DNA of 63,975 nucleotides, filler included, from Sanchytrium tribonematis (GCA_018985235.1; 6 parts of 6 records of this genome joined end to end with filler, not necessarily neighbours in it); one strand, 5' to 3'. Numbered from the whole stretch's first letter, positions 51,109-63,358 are shown. Numbers and translations: made by a program. The notes: a model not told the origin generated them from the sequence alone.

Positions 51109-52147
51109 AATACTTGCAAATTTCATATTATGTTCAAGTGGTACCATTTTTCGCGATTCTCTTCCTTTAAATTTAAAATATTTTGCGCATTTTTCCTTGA
51201 ATCGTCTTTGGGGTTGTGTTATTATTTCTGGAAATTTCTTTTAAAGATAGACGTTGAATTGCTAGATCACGTAAAGCTTTTTTTAGTCTTTACCGGTGTC
51301 TGCTTTTTGTTTGCCATTTGTTTGTTACAAAATAAATTTACTAAAATCTATTCAATTTCCCCCAGGGGGATAAGATGGGTAAACACTTTTACACATGACA
51401 TTTGAAGCAATTCATCTTTGACCATTTTCTCACCTTTTTAATTAAATTAAAAAGTACAGGGTAAGGCCTAAACAGCTTGGATAGAACTGGCTTAATAAGA
51501 TCGTTTTTAAACAGGAAATTGATATATTTCAGTTTTGATTCTACGGACTCAGAATAAAAACTCTTCCTGTAAATTTTGCATTTGTTTCAATCATTTTAAG
51601 ATTTTCTTCCCTTTTGTTGTGGCTATCGTGATTGCTCATAAAATCTTTTACCGTTAAACCCTAAACATTTTCTGCCACTCTAGCATATTCGACAGCACTA
51701 ACATAAAAGGCTGGGGATCTCAACATAACTAGTCCCCTCAAAAGCACACTCAATTTTGTAACATCCAAAATTGTAATTCCTAAGCCTTGTGATGCTAATA
51801 TGTCTAAAACTATAACTTTGGAGTCATGAATTTGAGCAAATGACTCAACGCATTATATACGCATAAACTGGCTTTGTAATTGAAAAAGATCAGTTTGACC
51901 TTTTGAATTTAATGTTGCAATTAATGTTGCAATTATTGCTGTTATATCTGCAGCTGGTGTAATTATTTGAGGTCCAGATAATCATAATTGCTTTCTAATT
52001 TTGACTTCATCTGCCCAATTATACTGCATTGAATAGAATTTAAAGTCCTCCATAAACAGTATATAGTACTTTGATGTACCATCACCAAATTTTTTTGACA
52101 CTACCTTCCGATTTTTAAATTTCACAAATTCAACATTTAAATTGTAA

Positions 52148-52710
52148 TTATTTCTCATTTTTTACTTTAAGCTTAAAATGTCCAACTTGAGTAAGTAGTT
52201 GCAGGTATTTATGATATTCAAAGCATCTACCCATTACATAAGTGAATAGAATTGGAGATAGAGATGATCCTTGAATAATCATCACCTCTTTGGAATAGGA
52301 ATTGCTCAATATACTATCGATACGCAATTTAAAATGTACGTTCAATAAATCATATAAGCTTGATGTCAGTGATTTGCATTTTACATCTGTTATAAGTTCT
52401 TCCAGGAAGAATCTCCTTGACACTTTATCAAATGCCTGCTTCAGATCGAGAAGCAAGAGAGATACTTTGGATTGTTTACCCTTGCTATTAAGCTGTGAGA
52501 TGTGCCTTTGAAGCGTAAACAGAGCAGACTCTACAGATATACCGGATTTGTAGGCAAATTGCTGCATGTCAAATCTGTTAAGTATTGCTTTTAATTTGAT
52601 CAAATACAGCTTTTCGAAGATCTTACGACCTGCCCGACAGTGAAATTGGTCTATAGCAAGTAATATCTGCTGGATCGCCCTTTTTGAAAATTGGGCAGAT
52701 ACTTGTTGGG
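52148..52710 (-). mobile_element. Decayed non-LTR (LINE) reverse transcriptase
   Basis: ICPIFKKGDP...YRPISL (frameshifted), QFAYKSG, LLDLKQAFDKV, IQGSSLSPILF; YADD not found. Confidence 0.85.
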
Positions 52711-54460
52711 GATCTTACCAGTTTTGAAAATTATCATGAAGTATCTGTAAATGAGTGTCATTCCTTCACCAGATAAATACTTGCATCCTTGTATGGCACT
52801 TAGTTATTAATGAGTAATTCTATGATTGGCAATAGCACATATCGTTCAAACAGTAGTAGATTACGAGACACACCACCCACAACAGTAATTAAAAATAATG
52901 TAGTCAGAAATTGGTGTAAGTGATTGGATCAGGGACTGGTTTAAGAGTCCATTGAAGGGTCATTACATCAACCATAGAGACAATGACCCTTTATTTCAAC
53001 AAGATAATCGCGTAACATGCTAAAAAAAGACACCCTACTTATGTACGTATTGTGGGGTGCAGTTGCTTCAGGGACTATCACATTCAGCAAAAGTACAAGC
53101 CTTATCCAGAAAATCAGAGAGGACACTCTATTTAATAAATTTATTTTGCAACTCTAGAGACAGTTGATCAAAACTGTTTCACCCTTGATAAAAATCTGTA
53201 GAAAAACAAATTTCGGCACGAAGGAGTTATTATTTAAAGACAAATTTAAGATATTTGGGCCCAAAAATAGAATGGAAATTTTTGAATAAACCAAATGAAT
53301 TCCATCACTCATACGGACCGAATGAATTTAGAGGCTTTTTTCATTCGATATTCCGTATTTGAATCATTATCAAATAATTTATATCTTGTATATTCACTGT
53401 TCACTAATCGGCATGAAATAAGAGAACGCCAATTACATGTTTTTACTCGGAAGCTTGGTATTATTTAACATTTTCTGGCCCACGCAAATAGTATCAGTGA
53501 GACGAAGATGCATTTTGGCGCATGGAGTGACAATTTGTTCTTCAATTCAAAATTCTCAGAATTATTATAACACGCATTTATTGGAAATATGTCTATAAAT
53601 ATCTATGATGATGCTATTTGGAACGCTGAAAACATCAGATTCATAACCGCTGTGGTATAAATGGCATTTGTTTTATCGAATTACCGAGTTTAAATGGAAC
53701 TATTAATTTTATAACCGCAAGGGATGAAAAAGCATTGCTGCGTGAAATTGCTTCAAAATGGCAACTACCAGTGTATTGCAGAAAATGGTTACCAAGCAAG
53801 AACAAATATGCTGAAACCATACACAGGCTACGAAATAAGAACTTTAACTTTTCTTTTTTCTGAAACAATTGCTGTACATTCAGCCATAAATTCCCAATCT
53901 TTATGTTCAATGTGTTGTCTCATATATACTAGAATTTGTAAAAATTGAACCTTGTTTTTGTTCTGAGCATCTGCATTTTCTTTATTGTTCTCAATCAAAG
54001 GAATAAAAGCTGCTTGATTCAAATTCATTGTGTTAGGCAAAATAATAAATCTATTTCGTTGACTCAATTTAAAAATTGACTGACTTAAATCTGCGTTTTC
54101 AAAGGCTGTTCACATTTTCAATATTGTTGTCTCATTGGTCACTTTACGCGGGGAAATGTAAAACCAAAGTATAAAATGTGAATGTAAAATTTATTGTTTC
54201 AACGTGTTCTCCGTGTAGATGTATTCTTGCGCCAAGGATGGCTTTTCATCATTACATATTCATATCTTTGATTCTTGATTTTACAACATCTTTCTGTCCG
54301 ACCCTTGTCCGACAAATTTTGCAACACATCCGGAGACATGATTGGCTAATTATTGGACCACCAATTGGAATACACCAATCACTATTCGGATGTGAAAATT
54401 GTGATCTTCACATGTTCGCAAGTAATTTTCAAGTAAAATTTTTCGCCCCTTTTCAAACAA

Positions 54461-55250
54461 ATGATCACTGCAAAAGATTTTCGTACAGCAGTACTTGCTC
54501 CCAGAACCCAAAATTCATACCAGAAACAGTTTATTACATATTTAAATACAAATCAGCTATCCATTGACATCCAAAACCATGAAAATAATTTGAGAATTGT
54601 AGAAGACTTTCTCTCACTCAAAGCACAATCAGTATCTGGCCGTAGAACAAGTAATATCAAGTCATAATTAGTGAGTTACTCTAGGGCTCAATATGAACAA
54701 TCCAGCAATGCATCCACGAATCAGAAATACAGTAACTGGAATTATAAGGAGTAAGAAAAGGGGTGGCAATGATCAAGAATCCCAGGCATATCCAATTACA
54801 CTTCATCACCTCAAACTATTGATATAGCAGCTAGATGGCTATCCAGATTTTACTACCAAGTATTATTCATTAATGATGGTAATTATGTTTATGAAGTGTT
54901 TAAGAAATGACGAGATTGCAAATATGCGACGCACTGATCTTCAACTAACCATAAATGAAGATGCAGTAGAAAGATTGACTTTCTGATTAAAATGGCACAA
55001 GACGGCAGAGATCCAAAATAAGAAAAGGGAAAGAGCTGATTTGCCAGCAGAATGTGTCAGACACTTGTATGATGAGAAATATCTATTGTTACCACTCACT
55101 TTATACAGACAGTACATGAATTACTACAAATTGACAGGTAAAGTGCAGCATCCAAATGCATTTGTGTATCTGCTAAATGCAGAAATGGCACGTTTGCAAG
55201 ATGCATCGGATTGTTTAAATCCTAGGGAATTTAATATTATTTATGACTAA
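54461..55250 (+). mobile_element. Decayed tyrosine recombinase (DIRS/Ngaro/Crypton-like)
   Basis: LAPRTQNSY N-terminal motif, LRNDEIANMRRTDL (box I R..E), LKWHKT; several stops and frameshifts. Confidence 0.62.
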
Positions 55251-57602
55251 TTCAGAACCTGCTTTGATTTATTGGCTAAAGCCATTGCCAACCAGATACA
55301 ACATCATTTACCCAAATTTAGTCCCCAAGCACCTAATCCACGCATAAAAGCATTTAGGGTACCATTTTAAAGTAATTCCAAATCAATTCAATTAAAGACT
55401 GACAGTGCAAGTGTTGATTTCAAGTCATTTCCTAAATTAAAAGGATTAGAGGATTATTCACTTTATGGCATCATGGTGACAAAGACAGAGGTGTATTAGT
55501 GCCATGAAAAGAATTGAATAAGAAACAGTTTAAAGCGGGGATTGATAGAGACCATTTTGGGGAGAAACAGATTGTTGGGAATATATTTAGCAATTATGAG
55601 GATTATCAAGCATATAAAGAGGATTATCCCGAACTCAACACATTTAGAGCAGCAAGAGACTGCTTTAAAAAACAGAAACGTGGAAATAAATAAAATTCAT
55701 TTATATTTATTAATCGATGATTGTATTTAATTTCAATTAGCAAGAATTGAAATGACAATTAAACAACAGTCATATTCGTGTTAACTTTTAAGTACATCTC
55801 TATTCACTACAACATTTAATAAACCCATTCTGTTGTACAATCGCACTGATGTTCGTGACCCTGTCAAATTAAAGTGAGCATGCCAATATTGTGACGAGTC
55901 TCCAAGTCGAATTTGAGTACTTTTGCAAATGTTTCAACTGTGGTTTGTAAGCAGCAATTATTTAGATTTGCTGTTCAACCATGATAGTGTCAAATGAGAA
56001 TTCTCGTTTAAATAAAATAGCTTGTTTAGCAAATTGCCACAATTTTCTGCAAATTTGCCATTTCGATTTCGACTTGGACTTAGAACCACCGTATCCCAAA
56101 ATACAACAAAGTATGTATTATCAAATACTTCAATAAATCTACTTCCTCGTAGAGTCATTCTCATATTTCTTTTCAGAATAAATAACCCACAAATTTTAGT
56201 ACCCGGATCAACAATCAAAACATTTGACATATTTATTGAATGAAAAGCCGACTTATAAGCAGAATACTAATCAAGAGTTTCCAATAGCAATAACCAATGA
56301 ATTTAAATTGATAAATTGCCATAGTTATTTTGTATATACTTTTTACAAATGTGACCAATGATTGGTCAATTATGAAACATGGACGAGAGGTTTGGACCAC
56401 TTCTTTGTTTCTTACAACAAATACTAACACGCGACTCTTCTCGCTCTGGAAACTCATGCGTGTTCAACAGATGCTGCCCAATTAACTCGCTAGCCTTCAA
56501 GCTGGCCTGTGATTGGTCGACATCTTTCATTCTATTCATTGGAGTACTGTCTTTAAAGTTAAATTCCCTCAACTTGCTTATTGCTTTTTCTGGTGTGAAT
56601 CTACTACGATTCAAATCTCTGATGCTTCTTTTTTTTTCTTTTTCTTCATTTTCTTCATTTTCTTTCTGCTACTTAACTTACCGAGCTTTTCGAAGTAGCT
56701 CTTCTCACTCAATGACTGCTTAAATGAGGATCGGTCATCGACCTGTATTTGATCCTCTGTGTTTTTGCTCTGCGAGCGGTCCCGTGTGGGTAGACTCCCT
56801 TGTCCATTCTGATACTGTTCAGGCATTTGTTCTTGCATGTGTGCATTGCCTCAAGTAGTTTTAATAGTCATTGTTTATTGAGTTAGTTGTAGTGTCTCTT
56901 CTTCTTTTCTTTTGCCATCATCTACTATTTCCACGTGCTCTGGCCAATCAGCCTAGGTTGATGCGGTGACTTGTTGCTCTTTACTCATATTCACGTGTTT
57001 TGGCCAATCATTTCTATTGCCTTGAACTGGATTCACGACCAACTTTACTTTGTCTGCCTCCATTCTTTTAAGAGCGGCATTTTAATCCTTTGGTGCTTCC
57101 ATACGCATTCATCCAATATTCCATATATTTCTTAATGCGGTAATCTCTAAACTCTTCTCCCAATCTCTTAATGTACCTTGCACCAATTCCAGCTAATTGG
57201 GTTCCCCAGATGTACTACTTAGTCCGTCTTCATCCACACGAATCTCTCTCCTTTTCATCTTCTGCTCTGGCACTATTTCGGGTGAACTATCCATGCGCCT
57301 GCAATTGGCTTGCTCCATGGCTGGCGGCTCATTCTCTTGTGCGTCGCACAACAAATACATAAATTTTTTCTTTCGTTAATTTCAAAACGATATAATTTAT
57401 CTATCAGTAGTAATTAAAGAATACATTAAAATTTTTACAACTATTTCGCGATTATTAAAATACAAAAATATTTACAATATTTATTGTTAAAGGGGGCAAG
57501 TATTTAAATATCCATTCGAGATTTTGGGAATTATATGTATTCGTAAATGTATTAATTTTTGAAACTTGTATGAAATGGAAAATCATTTCTCTTATTCTCC
57601 TT

Positions 57603-57702
57603 NNNNNNNNNNNNNNNNNNNNNNNNNNNNNNNNNNNNNNNNNNNNTTAATTAATTAANNNNNNNNNNNNNNNNNNNNNNNNNNNNNNNNNNNNNNNNNN
57701 NN
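57603..57702. other. Artificial contig linker
   Basis: N44-TTAATTAATTAA-N44. Confidence 0.98.
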
Positions 57703-57851
57703 CCAGCAAGATTTGATAAAAATAATGCTACAAGTGGTTTTGAGTCCCTAAATTTGACAATATCAGAATTCCTTATTAAATATATGCCTAGTGAAGGTAT
57801 GAATAATATTAAATACAATATTGCAAGAATACAAATATTAAAAAACAGCAT
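57703..57851 (-). CDS. 5' part of a probable membrane protein, truncated by the contig end
   Basis: MLFFNICILAILYLILFIPSLGIYLIRNSDIVKFRDSKPLVALFL, open to the linker. Confidence 0.5.
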
Positions 57852-57899
57852 TTGTTTGAAAAGATAAAATTAAGGAATCGAAATCTATTCAAAATTTAC

Positions 57900-58733
57900 T
57901 TACTCGACACATGCATCGTGTATCATTTTTTGGGTGATACTCAGTTGATCGCCTTCAAATAAGTGCATAAGGCCTTTCTTACGGATTAAAATGCTGCGTT
58001 CTTCATTTAAACTAATGTATTTGTGATGTTTTGATTTCTTGTGTAGTGGAAATTCATCAAAATCCACATCATCTAGACTTTCATACTTCTTGTCTGGTAA
58101 TTGGAATGGGTTAGACAACATAGGAATATTTTTCAAACTACAATATAATTTGGAATCGTATCGAAATATTCCCTCTAAAGGAAGAACACGAGTCTGATAG
58201 CAAACTCTATCTGACTTGATTTGCATTACAAAATCATCCAGTGCGTTTGATGAATCACAAGAAATACTTTGTACATAATGTTGGTCTCCATCCTGATATT
58301 CGATAAAATCTTCATAAAGTATTGTTTCTGGTGGCAATTCCTCTGAACATTGTAATGAGACTTTGGTATCGTTTAATTTATATTCCCGTCTAACAATAAG
58401 ACAAGAAAATAACAATCGGCTATTTGATAAAATTGACTTGGGTACTTTGATTTCGACAATTTCATTACTTTCATTATAAGATCTTTGAAATGTTATTGGA
58501 TCTTGGCCAAATACACATCTCTCACCTGTCCAGCGATTTTGTTTGATTGAAACACCTTGATCAATATCGTAATAGGTTTCCTCGATATATCTTGTGATTT
58601 TTAAGTCCCAAAGTCTTAAATCCAACAATTTTTTCGAATAAGTGTACTCATAGCATTTCTTCGAATACATTGGATCTTGATTTGAAAAATCTAAATCAGT
58701 GCCGTCTTTGCGATTTTGAATAATTGATGCCAT
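57900..58733 (-). CDS. Hypothetical protein (weak CYTH-like appearance)
   Basis: 277-aa ORF; EETYYD and RREY are faintly CYTH-like but not diagnostic. Confidence 0.55.
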   Translation of the reverse strand: MASIIQNRKDGTDLDFSNQDPMYSKKCYEYTYSKKLLDLRLWDLKITRYIEETYYDIDQGVSIKQNRWTGERCVFGQDPITFQRSYNESNEIVEIKVPKSILSNSRLLFSCLIVRREYKLNDTKVSLQCSEELPPETILYEDFIEYQDGDQHYVQSISCDSSNALDDFVMQIKSDRVCYQTRVLPLEGIFRYDSKLYCSLKNIPMLSNPFQLPDKKYESLDDVDFDEFPLHKKSKHHKYISLNEERSILIRKKGLMHLFEGDQLSITQKMIHDACVE

Positions 58734-58872
58734 TTAGTCGTTTGTTTTAAAAAAGCGGTGCAATAATATTTATCATTAATGAAATCAAAAATACTGCACA
58801 ATTTTGCTTGCTAATCTCTACTCATTTGTCGCCCTTTATGGTTTTCAGGTTGAATTCAAATTTGAAACTAGA

Positions 58873-59139
58873 ATGGATATCACCAATTTCTCTACCCTGA
58901 ACTCATCTATCCCTAATACCACTAATACCAATGCTAAAGAAATGAAGAAACACGATTCTGCAGAAATGGAGCCATTTAAAGAGAATTTAGATGTAAAGCA
59001 AATTATTTCCTCATTGCAGATATTGAATGAAAATCTTAGTTTGATTTTGCAAGACGAAGTTAATTCTGACCGATTAGAGAATATTGAACAAACTATTGGT
59101 CAAATATATCAATGTTTGGGAAGGAAGCAGGGAGAATAA
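58873..59139 (+). CDS. Small coiled-coil protein (weak resemblance to DASH subunit Dad1)
   Basis: ATG 58873; IISSLQILNENL...LENIEQTIGQIYQCL; AATAAA after the stop. Confidence 0.45.
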   Translation: MDITNFSTLNSSIPNTTNTNAKEMKKHDSAEMEPFKENLDVKQIISSLQILNENLSLILQDEVNSDRLENIEQTIGQIYQCLGRKQGE

Positions 59140-59231
59140 TTTAATAAATTTACTCAAGCAAAATAAATTTATAAAAATGTAACTCTATTATAACAGATTT
59201 CCCGAATTCGTTTTTGTCAAAGCATAAGTTT

Positions 59232-60125
59232 TTAAGAATAGCCAAAATCTCGATCAGGAAATATGCTTGGGGCAACCAAACACCACAAATATACCACAAA
59301 AGTCAACCAACTACTTGCTAATTTCATCCAAAATCCGACATCTGATTTACCTATTTCAAACCATCCACCAATGTGGTTCCAATTTGTCATGATTCCACCA
59401 AAATACATCAAACTCATCAAAATTATAAAATGATAGATGATTGGGTGGTTCCACGATATTGCATGATTAACCACGCTTCTTATTAATGATAATAAATTGA
59501 CAATTAACCCAATGACTAGAATTGTTTCATTGACAGGACCTCCTCCAACATTTCCCATTATCAGGAAAGTAGCCTGCAAAGATATAATACAGCTACTCAA
59601 AAGCCCACTACAGGGTACATTTGATTGTATTTTAGGATGTATTGAGACTAATGATACAAATAATATTAAAAATAAATGTAAAACTAAAAATGGTGAGTAA
59701 TCCATCACTAAAATATAAATGCAGTAACTAATGATAACACTATAAGCCAGTAAACTCATGAATACAATGTACATAATATGGTATTCCACTAATTTCATTG
59801 TTAAATCAAAAGATAAATTAATAATTGTCATGGTCTCAATCAACAAGAATATGGCAGATCCTGCATACAAGATCGGTATATAGAAAGCCATGTCAAAGAT
59901 TATGAATATTGACAGTAACACAGATGATATGATTGAGAGCAATTTGATGATACCATTAAAAGTTAAATCAGGAACAAAATTGGTTTTCAGGAGAATAATT
60001 GCTTCACTTAAAATATAAAATCCCAAATAAAACATGGACATTCTCATGACAGTATCATTATTTATCCATCTAAGTCCATAAAGGGAAGCAGCATATAAGG
60101 CCAGTTCAATTCTTTGAACTAACAT
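59232..60125 (-). CDS. Serine incorporator (SERINC/Tms1) family, strongly shortened
   Basis: SIHPKIQ..PCSGLL, YHFI..LMS.Y..IMTNW, FWMKLASSW...VYLWCLVAPSIFPDRDF. Confidence 0.88.
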   Translation of the reverse strand: MLVQRIELALYAASLYGLRWINNDTVMRMSMFYLGFYILSEAIILLKTNFVPDLTFNGIIKLLSIISSVLLSIFIIFDMAFYIPILYAGSAIFLLIETMTIINLSFDLTMKLVEYHIMYIVFMSLLAYSVIISYCIYILVMDYSPFLVLHLFLILFVSLVSIHPKIQSNVPCSGLLSSCIISLQATFLIMGNVGGGPVNETILVIGLIVNLLSLIRSVVNHAISWNHPIIYHFIILMSLMYFGGIMTNWNHIGGWFEIGKSDVGFWMKLASSWLTFVVYLWCLVAPSIFPDRDFGYS

Positions 60126-60142
60126 TTCTGTTTCAAGTAAAT

Positions 60143-61603
60143 TTATTTTAAATATTTCAAAGAGACTTGTAAATTAGTTGGCTTTTGAGTAATACGCATA
60201 ACCCGTTCTACATGCTCGGTATTTGCCAAACTGAATTCAAAATGACTGACAAATATGGCTAAAATGGTTTTAAATTCTGCTAATGCTAAATTCTTTCCGA
60301 TACATCCCCGAAATCCGGTCCAAAATGGTAGAAAATCATAAGGATCATTTGATTGACGGGATTCCCATCTTTCTGGAATAAATTTTAGTGGCTCATCGTA
60401 GTAATCGCCATCCACATGTAAGCCTTGTAACTGAATCAAAAAAGTCGTTCCTTTTGGAAAATAATAGTCCTTGTAAGTAAAAGCTTTTGTCGTTTCCCGA
60501 TTCACATTTGGCGCTGGGGTATACAATCTCAACACCTCGTTACAAACATGCTCAAGATAAGGCACTTTATGGATTTCGTCCCATGTGAAATCTTTGATGT
60601 GTGATAAACTCTTGCGCAATTTAGTTTGAATTTCAGGATGTGTGGCCAAGCAGTATACAGCCCATGATAGACCTGTGCTAGTGGTTTCATATCCAGCTGC
60701 CATAAATGTAAAGATTTGATCTCTTAATTCTACAAACATTTCTTTTGATGGATGTCCATTTACAGAATCAATACACCTTGATAATAAATCATTCTTTTTA
60801 GAGTTTGTAGCCACTCTTTCCTTGATGACGCTGTCAATACAATTATGAACTGACTTCAATTCTCTTTGAAATCTAGATTCAAAAAAGCTGATAAAGTATT
60901 CTAAAGCTGGAAATGTGAGTTTTAAAAGCATTAAAAGATCAAACTCATTAAAAATAAGCAAATATTCGATGCTTTTGGATACTTTAGAGCCACCTTCCAA
61001 AGCATTCATTTCATAATCAAATGCTATTTTACTGATAATATCCAAAGTACAATCTTGGATATCACCACATATCGAATAGTCTGACATATTTGATGCATTT
61101 TTCAATTTTTCAACAAGCTTGAAACTGTAGCTGGTCATAATGCCATGCATACTTTTCAAATTTTCAATGGAAAATACAGGCAAAAATGCGTTTCTGCTTT
61201 TGGCATGCGACGCACCTTCCTGCATTAAAATTCCCTTTGCAATGGTTTTTAAAATAATCTTGCTTTCAATCGGTTTAATAAAGTCTGCAGTAAATTTAGA
61301 AGTTCCAATTAAAGTAATCAACTCTTTATCATAAACCATAATTCTGGGCATAATAGTCATACGGTAACCAAAAATATCAGATTTACAATCTTTCCTCCAT
61401 TTTGAGAATATTGTAGGATCCTTTTGAAAGTTTAAAGTCTTTGTGTTTCCCAAGAAGAAATCCATGATCCAATTTGAATAGTCTGGCTTCACAAATGGAA
61501 CTGTCCTACGTTGCTGGTACTCTTCTAATTTGTATGAGATTATAACGTATATAAAATAAGTTACAACAATCAAAATGATGGCTTGAATTACTTCAAAAAT
61601 CAT
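60143..61603 (-). CDS. Cytochrome P450
   Basis: N-terminal TM, FMAAGYETT, EVLR, PERW, PFWTGFRGCIG heme motif. Confidence 0.95.
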   Translation of the reverse strand: MIFEVIQAIILIVVTYFIYVIISYKLEEYQQRRTVPFVKPDYSNWIMDFFLGNTKTLNFQKDPTIFSKWRKDCKSDIFGYRMTIMPRIMVYDKELITLIGTSKFTADFIKPIESKIILKTIAKGILMQEGASHAKSRNAFLPVFSIENLKSMHGIMTSYSFKLVEKLKNASNMSDYSICGDIQDCTLDIISKIAFDYEMNALEGGSKVSKSIEYLLIFNEFDLLMLLKLTFPALEYFISFFESRFQRELKSVHNCIDSVIKERVATNSKKNDLLSRCIDSVNGHPSKEMFVELRDQIFTFMAAGYETTSTGLSWAVYCLATHPEIQTKLRKSLSHIKDFTWDEIHKVPYLEHVCNEVLRLYTPAPNVNRETTKAFTYKDYYFPKGTTFLIQLQGLHVDGDYYDEPLKFIPERWESRQSNDPYDFLPFWTGFRGCIGKNLALAEFKTILAIFVSHFEFSLANTEHVERVMRITQKPTNLQVSLKYLK

Positions 61604-61694
61604 GTTTTGTGATTTCCCCTATTCAGTCATTGCGTGCTTTCACTTTCAGGTTCATTTAAGGCTGTGTCATTCGATCGTTTATAATATTTATTTT

Positions 61695-62618
61695 TCAACA
61701 CTGGTTTTGTTCCCTCCACATCATCATATCTAAACTTGAGCAATAAAACATAACACTTGCCACAAATACAAAAACGTGCCAGATTTGGTGACTATGAAAT
61801 AAGTAGTCAAATCTTCCTGGTGCAAATCTTTCTGGAACTTGATAAACATAAATAGCAGCTCCACCAACATAACAAACCAACATTCCAATAAAAAAGAAAA
61901 TACCATCGTCATGAAAAGGAACACTATAATGTGTAAATATGTGAATTCCAACAGGCAATCCTGAAAACGTACCACTAATTATATAGCAAATTGTTCGTAA
62001 AGTGGGATGATTCGCAAATTTGTCAAAAAAGGGACCAAATATTCCAACAAAACTGGTAATAATTAATAGAGTTTGCCAAATGTATTGCATAGTTGTATTG
62101 CAATAATAGACATAATAAGTCATTAAAATGCAAGAGCCCATTATCATGACAGATATGCCGGCATAATCTAAGCAAGAAAATAATCTATAGGTTTTGTACG
62201 TTTGATGACAGTGCAAGTGATATAAAGAGGACATCGAGAAACATTTGATAGCGCATATACAATACAGCGTAAACATCCATTTGTCACTTATTGGTTCTGT
62301 CCAATTAATCCAAATATGTCCGATTAATCCACAAAATATTAAAGCTGGAATTAAATGAGTCCAAATATTCATAGTTTCGTTGTGCCAGTACAACATAGAC
62401 ATCCAAGAGTCTTTATAAGTTTTACATATACGATAACCTGTCAAAATAAAAGGATTATCTTGAATGTAGTGAGGCATGTCTGCAAAATTGAAAACTTTTT
62501 GGACAGTTTCTTTTGCTTGTTCGTAAACCTGTTCAACTTGCTCATAAGCATGCTCTACTGTGTCTTCTATTGAATAGAAAACACTTGAGTCTCCTTTTCG
62601 ACGATGTAGCTGTGACAT
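61695..62618 (-). CDS. PAQR / IZH (adiponectin-receptor, hemolysin-III) family
   Basis: DNPFILTGYR, HNETMNIWTH, SSLYH, LDYAGI, PERFAPGRFD..HSHQIWH. Confidence 0.93.
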   Translation of the reverse strand: MSQLHRRKGDSSVFYSIEDTVEHAYEQVEQVYEQAKETVQKVFNFADMPHYIQDNPFILTGYRICKTYKDSWMSMLYWHNETMNIWTHLIPALIFCGLIGHIWINWTEPISDKWMFTLYCICAIKCFSMSSLYHLHCHQTYKTYRLFSCLDYAGISVMIMGSCILMTYYVYYCNTTMQYIWQTLLIITSFVGIFGPFFDKFANHPTLRTICYIISGTFSGLPVGIHIFTHYSVPFHDDGIFFFIGMLVCYVGGAAIYVYQVPERFAPGRFDYLFHSHQIWHVFVFVASVMFYCSSLDMMMWREQNQC

Positions 62619-62859
62619 TACTAGTTTTGAATTGAAATCAGAATAAATTGGAAAACGAGGAGAAACGTGAAAGATAATAGAAGATAAGAAATTAGTACAC
62701 TATTTTATAATTTAATCATCAGGACTTGCATTTGGATGATTCTCTGTAAACAAAACATAGCAACATCTATACTCATTGAAACTCTTGTAGAATTTTCAAA
62801 ATGACAAACCTTTTACATCTTCAGGGTTTCGAATTTAATCTATGTTAAACCTTTACCTA

Positions 62860-63358
62860 TTACTTTCTTATAGCCTGAGAGCGAATCAATGCATCAATGC
62901 GGTGGTTCATTTTGATAATGCAAAAGTCTTGATTTCCGATTTTTGTCTTTAATGTGTTGATATTTGCATCCTGTTCTTTGATTTTCACATCTTGTTCTTA
63001 CCTTTTGAAAACCTTACCTCATTTTCAATTTTTAGATCCTTAATTTTGCTGTCTTGTTCTTCAATTTTCAGATCTTGTACTTTTGTTTTTGAAAATAATG
63101 ATTCATTTTCAATTTTTAGAGCTTAATTTTCACATCTTGCTCTTTAATTCTCACATCTTGTTTCTCAATTTTTACATCTTGATCTTTGGTTTTTGAAAAG
63201 AACACCTCTTTTTCTATTTCTAGATTCTTAATTTTTTTATCTTGTTCTTGATTTTTAGCAGTGAAGGACTTTATGGCGATTCTTAATTTGTCAAGGTCCT
63301 TAAGGGCATCTATACCATCTATACCATCTTTTGAATCTCCAAATCTTTTATTCGCCAT
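62860..63358 (-). pseudogene. Frameshifted coiled-coil gene built of KI(K/E)EQDV heptad repeats
   Basis: The repeat continues in other frames after the TAA at 63116 (LKIENESLFSKTKVQDLKIEEQDSKIK; EQDVKIKEQDANI); two frame breaks without 19-nt GT-AG solutions. Confidence 0.5.

Noticed and set aside
55750..57350. Minus-strand fragmented ORFs as a LINE ORF1/endonuclease region
   Set aside because: Looks like decayed coding DNA, but I could not identify a diagnostic motif.
31137..57702. Regularly spaced palindromic TTAATTAATTAA (about every 6.6 kb) as a biological repeat or CRISPR-like array
   Set aside because: Always centred in N44...N44; it is a synthetic six-frame-stop linker, and the spacing reflects similar contig sizes (6537, 6531, 6504, 6494 bp).
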